A DNA stretch of 64,000 nt from Podarcis melisellensis (Eukaryota), in the NCBI GenBank assembly GCA_964234715.1, contig OZ174275.1, one strand, 5' to 3'. Made by a program: the position numbers and the translations under genes. The notes beneath the pieces were generated by a model, which worked only from the letters and a program-made list of their open reading frames with translations, made no database searches and was not told the DNA's origin. Of this stretch, positions 22,262 through 34,200 are shown piece after piece. Numbering within the stretch: the first letter of the stretch is position 1; every line of letters begins with the position of its first letter.

Positions 22262-25200
22262 GTAGGCTTAGGCTTTGACCCTTGAATCCCAGGCATCTTA
22301 TAAAAGGGGAATATAACTTTTTCCACCAGTGCCATAATTTCTGCACTATTCTTAAGAGATTTAAAAAATGCAGAGTACCAGTCTGATGGAAATCAAGGCT
22401 GTCTCTCTGGCATGTGGGTTTTGTTTTTGTTATTCTGCTCCTGGCATAAGCTGGGTATTTGCATCAGAAGTTTAGGACTGACTGTTTGAGGGGCTTTTCT
22501 GCATGTGGATTCAGTGGCTGTCACTGTGATAAATACATATGAATATATTATTCTTTTACTATCAACTGGCTGGTATTGCAACATGTTCTGGCCTGCTAGA
22601 ATGGCAGTATAATATTTAAGATTTTCTTCTGAAATAGGGACCAGCGTATTGTATTGAATCCAGCTAAACTTTGCTGAGGCTAGACTAGACCTATTGGGAG
22701 CAATGGATTGGTAATGTCCATTAATTTCAGTGGGTTTCCTCTGAATATGCCAAACATTGAATACAACTTGCAATCTTTATTTTTTATTTTGGTTCAGTTC
22801 ATTTATTCAGTAGATTGTTTTTAATAGCAACTTCAGTGCTGAGCCTGAGCTGATGCCCAGAACGCCTTCTCAAAAGAAGTATCGAAAGAAGAAACGATCT
22901 TCATGTTTTAAGGATGAATATAAGGAAATAACTAGAAAAAGGTATTGCAGTCAGAGGTCACAGAGATATAATATTTTTAGATGTTCATCTATGTGTATTT
23001 AAAAGAGCTATATCAATTCTGTACTTGCCTAGGACTGAATTATAACTTGCTAAAGTGGTTGTCCCCAGGTTTTGCTAATATCATGTTCCTCTCTCTGTTT
23101 CAAGATTATACTTGTCAGCCAGCACCATGCAGTGCTTAAATCAAGCCTTAGTTTTACCCTGCGCTGGGCACCTAATAAGGACAATGACTATTCAGTGGAG
23201 TAACCTATTGTTACAAAAGCCCAGTGCCTGCCCCTCTCTCTGCCAAGCAGTGGCAAGAGCGCATGAGGCCACAGGCACACATGCAAGGTCTGTGTCCCTT
23301 TGGAGAATGGAAGACACGGCAGACACTGTCATGCTTTAAGAAATAGGGTTTATTTGCCTATTTACACCTTCAACCTGCATAGAGGGAGTCTAGATCGTAC
23401 AGCATGACCCACGACATTGCAGGTGACCTTTCGTCCCCTTCTCTAAGGTGGATCTCAGCCTTACTTCCTCCTCCTTCTGCCCAGAAGCCCCTGTTTCAAA
23501 ACTCCCCTTTCCTGGCCCCTCACAGTTACCCTGGCAACCATTGTGACATCTGACTCCTCAGGTCACAGGATCCTTCTGTGGCCCCTCAAAACCTTTTTGT
23601 AATGCTAGCAGGTCTCCTCTTCTCACAGCCAGGCTGGTTTGCATAAGCCAGCCCAGGAATTCCTTTGCAGCTTGCATTCTCCCTTCATACCACAAATAAC
23701 CAAAATCCTAGCATTCATTAATTTCTAGGTTTATCCTGTCTATAACACTACAAAGAAAATGGAGGGATTTGGTGTGGTCACACTCAATTCTAGTGGAGAA
23801 AAGCTCTGTGGAATATCTGAAATTTGTATCCCAGTATCTGGTGCCACCCTGTGGCTTAACATAGAATAAACTTTTTTTTTAGATTTAAAATTTTTTAACA
23901 ATAGGTTTATTTGCTTGTTTCTCTTTTAAGACTGTCTAGAAGACGAAGCAGTGTAAAGATAGTACCTTCCCAGTGTCTGTCCCCATGTGAAGAGAAACTG
24001 AAAAAAATTGATGTGGGGATGGCAAGATCCATATCTGGTTTTGCGGCCTGCTCTGTTGCTAAACCAACTTCAGAAGTACAGTGTGACAAGTTGACTATGT
24101 ATCCAGCAGGTGGTGGAGCACTTGGTACTGACTGTAGCCAAAATAGTGAATTATCAGGAAAACTGAATGAGGAGATGAATGGAGACCCTGAAATCATCAC
24201 TGTGGGTTCTAGTGGCTGTTCAGTTGCTAGGCCTGGGGCTACAGAGGCTGCAGGTGTAGCAAATAGCTCTGCGCTGGTGCTGACAGACACAACTGATCCG
24301 GGAAACACAGAAAAAGATGCTGTCAGATCAATGCGTACATCCACTCCAAACACTTCTTTGAATGAAAAAGCAATGTGTGAAATTGAAGACTTTCCTGCCC
24401 AAGAACTAGTCACTAATATGGTGCCCGAGGGAGAGTTTTCCCGAGGGTTAAAGAACAACACTGGAACTTCTGCAGACTCTCAGTCAAGCCACCCCCCTCC
24501 AAATAGACCTCGCAAGAGCAGGCGGGTGTCACTCGCGGAGAAATACTCACTAGCCAACAAAAGGAAAAGCATGATTCGGAAATCCATCCACAAGAGCGTT
24601 GCTCAGAAGAAAGCAGTTTGGGACTCCTCATCTACCTCTAGCCAAGTAAGCTGTAAGTAAAGACAATTCAGTTCTGGGATGTAAGGTTCTACAAGCTGTC
24701 AATATGTAGCCTTAATTTTGTGACATATGGGAAAGAAATTGGCATCTCCAATATGCTGCTTATATAGAAAGTGTGGGGTCACTTCCTAATTGGAGGGCCT
24801 TCGAAACTTGATAGCTAACCCTGGTACACACAGTGTATTTGCCTTCTTTTTGCAGGCTAGGAACTACGCTGAAAAGCACACTGGTATTCCTTAATAGTTC
24901 ACGCCTCACATCTCCCCTTAACTAACACTGATTTAATAAAACCTGTGGCATACTATGCTCTTTGTCATGCACAGTGAAAGTGCTGAATGAAGACAAGTAT
25001 CAAATGGGCTGGTATGTTAATTCTGTCCATGTGTGTGTGCACACACCAGAGAGAATACACACACATACACCATTCCCTGTAGCAGAACTTGTTGATATGT
25101 TTAAAGTTCTGCCTCTTAGACTGACAGAGTTGCTAATGGGAGGAATAGAAGCAAACCACACTTTTACCCTTCAAGCATTTGTTCAACTAATGGTTTTCTT

Positions 25201-28200
25201 TAACTTTTTTATTCTCCAGGCCACAATTCCATTGATATATTCATGGATGATGAAACCAGCAAACATAGGTGAGCAAGCTTTAGCAAACAGACAGAAATCA
25301 AAGCCCTTTGGAAGATTCTACTATAGCTTTAACTTTAAATAATAATAAAAAGAGTTTTAAAAAACAAATTTCTGACCAGTGCCATGATAAAGGTTGCTAA
25401 AATGGAAATCATAGAAATATGTTTTTCTTTTGATTGATTTTAAATGTTAACAGTATTAACATTGTGTTAGCACTATATCTCTTTCATTACAAAAAAATAC
25501 CAAACCCAAAATACCCCTACATGGAAAATTGTCTTAGTGGCAGTTAAAACAAAACAAACAAACAGGATCATAAAATGGCACCTATCACAAGTGTTTTGCT
25601 AATGTGTGTTGAGCATCAAACACCCTACCCACAGCATCTATGTCATGCCTTCTAGTGTGGATGGATCCTAGTGGAATGTACACTGAAGAAAAATACTAAT
25701 AATGTAGAAAATGAGTTGCGGTTCTGTCTGTAGTTTACAGTGGAAGAGCAAAGACTGGGAGTAGCCTCAGTCTCAAGGCTCTGTTCACTTTGGTTCTTGA
25801 CTAAGGTCACAAGTGGCAGAGGGAGCTTTTGGTCCTAATTGACAAGAAAGCCCTAGTTGTCTGGCCTATACTCCTCACCTTCTCAGATTTATGTGGCGAT
25901 CTGCTCCTCAGCTCAGGAATCTACTGGTAAAATGTCCCCAGGGTATAAAGAGGTTCATTGCATACATATGTGTTGTGATATATGCTTGAATGGTGCTTAT
26001 TTAACACTTTGGATGTGTTTCTGGCACACTTGACTAAAGGATTGGTCATTGCTCTCTTGACAGCTATGAGGCTCCTAATAAACGTATAGCTTAAAGTCAT
26101 TTTACGCCAGGACTGGGGAACCTGTGGGCCTCCTAATGTCATTGCAACATCAATTGCAACCAGCATTGCCCAGTGGTCAGGGATGATGGGAGCCAGAGTC
26201 CAACAACATGTGGAGGTCTACATGCTCTCCATTCCTGTTTTCTACTGTCCACTTTAAGACCAGTGGCTCTGCAAAAAGTCTTTACCTTTCCTTGGAGCCT
26301 TATGTTCAGTTTAAACTTCTGAAGTTGCACCCTGAAGGGCATAAAAAAGTAGATTGCTAGACCTGGGGACACAATATGCTGTTCTTTCAGCTTTGTTCTA
26401 TCAGAAGATTCAACTTCTGTTCAAGTAGCCCGTCAGTTGTTCTTTGGAAGTGCCTTAAGGTTTTAATCTGCTCATGCAGCCATTGTTTTGATCTCTGTTG
26501 GGATGGGTAACGCTTTGTCAAATGCCTCTCCTTAGGCCTTTTTTGGCACAGAATGCTGAAACCAGTGAGGTAAGGTATTGATAAGCTATCCACTGGGTTA
26601 CACCTGGTTAATTGCCTGCTCTTTCCTTGCACCTGCTTTAGTTCAGATCACTTTCCCTCATAATCTTGTACGAATCTGTCGGTTGGATCAGAGGACCGGC
26701 CAGTTAGTTCTGTCAGAATGGCTAGTGATAGATGCTCCATGTTAAAAGGCATCCAAACAAAACTTGGAGACTTGTGCCAAATGCAGAGGAAAACTAAGTG
26801 TTGTATCTGTCAGGTAGAGAAGTAAATTAGGGCCTTAGACATGAGCCTCTTGGAGGTTCTGAGTCTTAAAACTTGTGTGTGGTCTTGGGAAGAAGTTTTT
26901 ATTTGCCACCCCTGTTTTCTGTTTTGGGTGTCAGATTAGACTTGTAAAAGTATCTCATTGCAGGGACATAGTTTCTTGTGTCAAGATAGAACTATCACCC
27001 CTTGTGCAACTGAACAGACATTATCCATCTTAACTAATGCAAGTAATTAAGTCTGTACTGCCGGCTGCTACTGTGTTGGGATATTTTCCACCTTAATTTG
27101 CCAAAACAAGACACCACCCCTGCTATGTCAGTAGAGCATGAGATTCTGAATCTCAGGGTTTTGGGTTAGAACCCCGTGTTGGGTGAAAGATTCCTGCATT
27201 GCAGGGGGTTAGACTAGATGACCCTTGTGGTCCCTTTCAACTTTACATATCTCTGACTGTGTCTTTTCTAAGCCAGGTAGGCCCAACCCACATGACCACA
27301 CTGAAGCCTTTGCCCAGATATTGGAGGAAGGCTTTGTTTAGGAGAGCAATTGAATAAGCATGCCTTCTCTTCTTAGTCCCCCATGACACCACTGCCTGTA
27401 GTGCTAGTCTAAGAAAGTTTTATTTGATCTTCTAATAGTATAAACTGATCCCAAGACTCCTGCTTCTGGTGTTTGAATATTTCCTTGACTTCAGTTGGGT
27501 TCCCTCACTGGGTGCTATATAGCTGCTTTCTTGGAAATAGCCTTTTAATATTTCTCTCTCTTTCATCTTTCTACGTAAAAAATGGCATGTGCTTATTTTA
27601 CTGTTTGTGAGTTGGTCTAGTTTTAGTGTTCCATTGCGCCAGAAGCGGCTTAGTCATGCTGGCCACATGACCTGGAAAAAACTGTCTGCAGACAAATGCC
27701 AGCTTCCTTGGCCTGTAAAGCGAGATGAGCACCACAACCCAGAGTCGTTCACGACTGGACTTAACTGTCAGGGGTCCTTTACCTTTTAATAAAAGTTATG
27801 CATGTGCTTCATCTAGGATTCAGCTTGCTCAACCTTGTGGAAAGACTGTCACTGTATAAACATTGTTTTTTCCTATAGACTTTGAACTCACTACGAAATA
27901 TGACTTGTGCTCTGGGTGCACCTAGTCTGAATATTTGTTGCACTCTGCAAAGTCCAGTTCCGCTTGAGATGCAGCAAGGGGAATCATTCAGTAAAGGTAA
28001 ACAGCTTCATGCAATCAAAGCTGCCTGTGCAGCATAGGACTTTGTGAAACAAATGAAAGAAGTTGCCATCAACCCACTATAGCATTGTTTGAATCATTTC
28101 CTTTTTATTTTAAAAATCTATTTTTGTTTCTTTAGAATTTTAATTATATGGGTTGTGTTTCCAAGTTTATAATAAAGGGTAACTGTCATATAAGTTAACC

Positions 28201-31200
28201 TGCATAAATGCTTAGCATCTTGTCTTTCCAATGGAAAGGATTGAGGCACAAGAGACCTGAATCCTGGCATACTGTTACTATGCCTAGGTTAGCATTGTCT
28301 AGAGTACACGTTGTGCCCATGGTACGATTTCCACCTAACCTTAGCTGCCATCAGTTGAGGGTGGCTTTTGTGATACTGTTTCAGGAAAATACCCTTCATT
28401 GAACTAATTGTGCCTTCTCCACAGAAACAGCTGAAACTAAAATTACTGACACCCAGGTCTGTGGAGCTGACTATTCAGCCCAGAACTGTCCCCATGAGCA
28501 ATTGCAGAATATACGGTATGTTTTCTTTTGGGAGCATAATCTGGTGTGGCCTCTCTTTTTTCCTTTCAGCTTTGATTTAATCCACCTCGGTTTCCAGTCA
28601 ATGCAGTTACCAAAAGTTTGTTTCAGGTAGAAAGAGTTCTCCTGGAAGGTATTATGATGCCTTGTGTTAGGGATTGGTTACGCAAGTATATCTGATGAAA
28701 GCTTACCTTTGTTCTGGGAGATGAGTTCTTCCAGGATGGGTCCAGCCAGTTAGCCATATTCTTCTCTCTTTTCTTATCCCCCCACTCAATGGGTCACTGT
28801 TGGCAGGTGGGTGGACTTAGAAATAGTATGCAGTCCATTATCTTTACTGGTAAAAGCTCCATAATGAACATCTAGTATAACAGATCAGAGGAAATTTGGA
28901 TAGCTGGGTAAGCTTAACATGTGTTATGTACATTGACACAAAATTGGAAGTGTAATGCAAAATTGGCTATCATGAAACCATGTGGCATAACAGTATACAG
29001 TCGTACCTTGAATCCCGAATGCCTTGGTACTCAGATGTTTTGGCTTCCGAACGCCACAAACCCAGAAGTGAGTGTTCCGGTTTGCGAACTGACGGGGTTT
29101 CCATAGCTTCTCATTTGCTGCAGGAGCTTCCTGCAGCCAATCAGAAGCCACGCTTTGGTTTCCGAACGTTTTTGAAGTTGGAACAGATTCCGTTCTACTT
29201 CCAAGGACAACTGTATATTCTTGAACATGTTACTATATCAAAGTGTTATTTTACTCTAATCTGAAGAGTCTGAAATTTTGGATTCAAAAATATATAGAAG
29301 GTTTTTTTTGTTTCTTGTGCTTGCTAGGTTTTTGTTTTGTTTTTGTGGTTTCCTCTGTAATCCCCTCCCCAGTTTTCTTTGAGCTTCACTGGAGAGCTTA
29401 TAGGGCACCTTGACCTCTAAAATGACATTGAGTAAGAGGCCCAAACCCTTTTGATCCTGCTGAATCGTTGGGAGTCTTCAGACCTCTGACAGCAAGGATA
29501 ATTTATGTAATTGGGATTGCTATGTATACACTTCGTGCTCTTTTCAGGAGCCAGAGTTATAAACAAGCAATGGATGAGCTGCCTGCTGCCCAGCACACAC
29601 AGGATGGAGGCGCTTCTCTTCCTAGTCACAAACCCACATCTCCTGCAAACAAGCCCTTATCTGGCCCAGGCAAGGTAAATAAATGCCAAGGACAACATAA
29701 GGGCCCTTTTCTGATGCCACATCACTGGCCAGCCACTAAGAACATCCATACTCTTTCGACAGATCGCACGGCCTTTCAAAAACTTCTTCCAGACAATACA
29801 GAAGAGCCAGCTACTCAAATCCCCAGGGTCTGCAGGCCACAATAGTGTCATGAAAAATCTCATCAAACGTGGCACCCCCAGTAAGCCTACCTCCAAGGTA
29901 AGTGTCAAGGATGCTGCTCAAGTAAAAAGTCTCCTACACACTGAGCTCCTGGCAGCTGCAGTTACCTTGCGTAGCAGAGCTAAGGGACCTCTGCATGAGA
30001 CCTTGCAGAACTGCTGCCAGCTGGATTGGGCTTGGTGAACTAATAGTGTGGGCTTATGCATCCTTTTATCTCACTGAGAGATGTGAGGTTAGGGCTAGGA
30101 TTGTCATTTTGTAAGTGGCCTCGTGGGAAATTTCCAGCGCATACTAGCAAGAGAATTTTCTTCCTCCACCTGTGCATGTGGGTTCGATCGGTCTGCCTTA
30201 CTCTTGGGGAAACCAATTTGGGAGGTCACCAGTCAGACCAAGCCATCATCTTCTGCCCTTTGTCCTATCTGAAGCATGGCTGAAGTCTCTTCAAAATTAA
30301 GCTTGTTGGACTTCCCAGCTTTGGTTTAGTTTAATTTAATTCCCATTCCTGCTGTGGAACTTGGGATCTTTGATAGCCTTAAGGCAGCAAATTGGGATTT
30401 GTTTGCCTCATCTCTCCTCTGTTATTACTGATAAGGTAAAGAGGTTATTTGCTGGGCCCCAGGGCCATTTTGCATCTTCTCACAAGCCTTTCCTTTACTA
30501 AGGCAGAAGGAGCTGCTATTGAATCACTTTAATGAACTGGTTAGTTAGCATTTAGACTTGGAAACTAAGTAACTTGTCTTTCCTTTCCTTTTCATATTCA
30601 TCCTACCAAAGGGAGAGTTTGTTGTAAGTAACTACTTTTCTCATTTTGTGGCCTGGGAATTTATTTATTTTTAAAAAGACTTAACTGCCCTGAATACACT
30701 ACCCATTTTAGCTGCATATGGATCTTTTCAGAAGGTTTTGGTGTTTCACGTACCTAAGTACAGCTACACGTACTGATCTGGCTTTAACTCGTGGTAGTGA
30801 GGTTGGAGAAAACATTGCTTTTGTTGGCTAGTGGGTCAATAATAAATAAAAATAGTAAATAATAATAATAATAATAATAAATGGTTGCCACAACCAGAAG
30901 TTGTTTAAACTTTCTACACATCATAGGCAAAGGAGCGACAGCGTCTTGAGAGTTTGCGGAAAAAGCAAGAAGCTGAGCAGCAGAGGAAGCAGAAAGTTGA
31001 GGAAGAAAAAAAGCGGCGACTAGAAGAGATAAGGCTGTAGGTAGCTGTTCACCCTCAGTCCCGTTTGGATAACTGTGGGCCATTCACTTAGATAAGTCCA
31101 ACCTGCAGTCTAAACTAGGCATGGCAGGCCATTTATACAAATTATACCACCTTTCCCAAGCCTGGCATATGATGTCCATCTTGAGGAAGTTCATGTTGCA

Positions 31201-34200
31201 GCTAAAAGGAAGGAGGCGACTCAGGAGTGCACTCTCGGCGAGGACCTGATTCTTCCTTTGCATCGCCAGCTTGAATGCAAGCTAGGGAAGAATCAGCAGC
31301 CTGGTGGCATCAGGTGATGGGCAGGCGGACCATAGGTGGCCTGTGGGGGGAGGTCATGCCAAAGGAAGAGAGAACTCTCTTCAAATATGGCAGGACGTAC
31401 AGGTGTAAACTCTTCATAGCACTGAAAATATATTTCATCTATATTTATTGGGGTGGGGGAAACTCAGTCACCTGAGATCACTATGATGTCAGATGAACCG
31501 TTTTTCCTTGGTGGTACAGCATGCTAACAAAGGAAAATTGAAGTCAAGCAAGGCTTGCTGCCTTTTTGTATTATGTTGGAAACTGCCCAGAGTGGTTGGG
31601 GCAATCCATTCAGATGGGCAGGATATAAGTAAATAATAATAAAAGTAATAGTAATAATAATAAAATTACCACTGATCAACTGGTTCAAGCCCTGCTTTCT
31701 ACAAGGATTGGCAGCACTACCAAGTTCCCCATGGGGAGCTCTGTACTGCAGCCACTTCCAGTGGGCTGATTGGCCATGATACCATCCTTCCTTGCTAATG
31801 AACAATTGGGAGTGCATGTTAAGGTTCCCTGTGGCGCGTTCCCTGCCTGCCCCATACCTGATACCACATATCATGTCAGGTATGGGCCTGGTGGACGTGG
31901 TTTGGGGAAGTAGCATCGCTTGCCAAATTGGGGCTTTGTGCCAGGCCTAAGGTTCCCCAAACTCTACTATAAACACACCTGTTTCTCTATATCTCACAGA
32001 AAGCGGGAAGAACGGCTAAGAAAGACCCTGCAAGCTCGAGAACGGGTGGAGCAGATGGGGGAAGAAAAGAGGAGGAGAATGGAGCAGAAGTTATCTCAAC
32101 ATGAAGAAAGGAGCGAGAAGGTGGGAGATTGTCCCATTTTCTTCCTAGCCTTTTAATGACAATGGTCAGAGCATGTAAGCGGATTCCTATTGGTATGTTG
32201 TGTCATCTATTCTGAGAGATGTGGTTTTATGTTTTATTAAATAGGCTACCAATCCCAACGTTAATTCTTTGCATACAGTGGTACCTCGGGTTACATACGC
32301 TTCAGGTTACATACGCTTCAGGTTACAGACTCCGCTAACCCAGAAATATTACCTCAGGTTAAGAACTTTGCTTCAGGATGAGAACAGAAATCGTGCTCCG
32401 GCAGCGTGGCAGCAGCAGGAGGCCCCATTAGCTAAAGTGGTATCTCAGGTTAAGAACAGTTTCAGGTTAAGAACGGACCTCTGGAATGAATTAAGTACGT
32501 AACCAGAGGTACCACTGTATATGTAATCCAGGGGTCACTAATGTGGTACCCTCCAGATGTTGCTGGAATACAGCTCCCATTATCCCTGACAATTGGCCAT
32601 GCTGACTGAGGCTGATGGGAGTTGTAGTCCAACAATATCCGGAAAGCACCACATTGGCTACTTTTGGTTTGGCCTTTTAACAAGAGCTGAAGAACTTTTG
32701 CTCAGATGTTTCTGAACTCTGACTCACATCAGCCCCAGCCTGGGTGACCCAAGGTAATGATGATGGGAGTTGCAGTCCAAGAACATATGGAGGGCACTTG
32801 GTTCCCTAGCCTTGCTCCTGGCAATCCTGCGAGGCCAGGGAGGCTGAGAGGCTACAACTAGCTCAAGGTCACCTCATGAGCTGCACCCAGTGGGGATTTG
32901 AACCTGGGTCTCTTCACTTCTGGTCTGGCACTGACTACAGGATCGGCACTGAGATCATAAACTCAAATCAGTACTTCACAGGCATGTAGGGTTGACAATT
33001 CTTAACTGGATTCTGTTCTCCCCCCCCACACACACACTTCCCAGATACTATATGAATTGTTATTCAGTATGGTCTTGAGGTCTGAAATATGAAAACTAAA
33101 ATATGAAAGGATCTTTCACACAGGTGCGGGAAGAGAAAGTAGCAGAGGAAAAGACCAAGAAAAGAATATCTACTAAGAAAATGGGGGAAGCAGAAGCGCG
33201 AAAACAGAAGGTGCTTCAGATGGTGAGCACTGTACTGAATGTCAAGTGAAAGGGTGTACAGAAGAGAATGAAACTGAGGCAGAGTATTAAGCCCTGCATG
33301 CTGGAGACTGAAATAGTCCAACTCCTGAGCAACGTCTTATTGTAATCCTGAAAAGTGCATTTGCCGTTGCCTGAAGTATCAAACCCTGGAGGTCCCCTTG
33401 GAAAGAGAAAGATGCATTTAAATCTCCGCTGACCTGTTTGTTCCTATTAACAAAGCCAGGCCATAAGGAGTTGTCAGAAGGGGTGAGGAGTGAGCAAAAT
33501 ATGGAAGGACTCTTGGTGGTGAGAATATGTAGGTTTTTAAAACCTACCCGAATGTCTTAGCATCTAGCTTCCTAGCATTCATGTGGGTAAGAGGTAATAC
33601 CATTGCCACATGCCCTCAGAGATATTAAATACAAAATCCTCTAGCTCAGGCATTACCTTCTGCATCTTTTGGGGAGCCATGAAAAAAGCACCCAAGTCCC
33701 ACTGTGGTTTTTGTTGCACGTATGGGTGAGAATTGAGAAGTATTGTCTGAACTGCTTGGTTTGTTTCTAAAGCATTCTGCTTGGCTGTTTAGCTTTTTTA
33801 ATAAACGTTGTTACAATAAAACCTCTCTTAATACAATTCCTGTTGTGTACATAAGGAGCAGTTAAATATAATGGGGCAGAGTTCTCTTTGTTGCACTACA
33901 GGCAGCCTTTCTCAACCTTGGGTCCCCAGATGTTGTTGAACTACAACTCCCATCATCCCTAGCTAGCAAGGCCAGAGTTCAGGGATGATGGAAGGTGTAG
34001 TCCAACAACATCTGGGGACCCAAGGTTGAGAAACACTTCACTACAGGGATTTGGCATTTCCCTGCCTGCTCTTCATGTTTGTGGTGGGTGCTGATTCTGT
34101 ACTCCTTGTTTCAGGAAGAAGGGCACAAAAATCGAGAGTGGAAGACCGTTGGAGAAATTAAGAAAATGCTGGAGCACAATTGCACAAAACAGGGGAAAGG

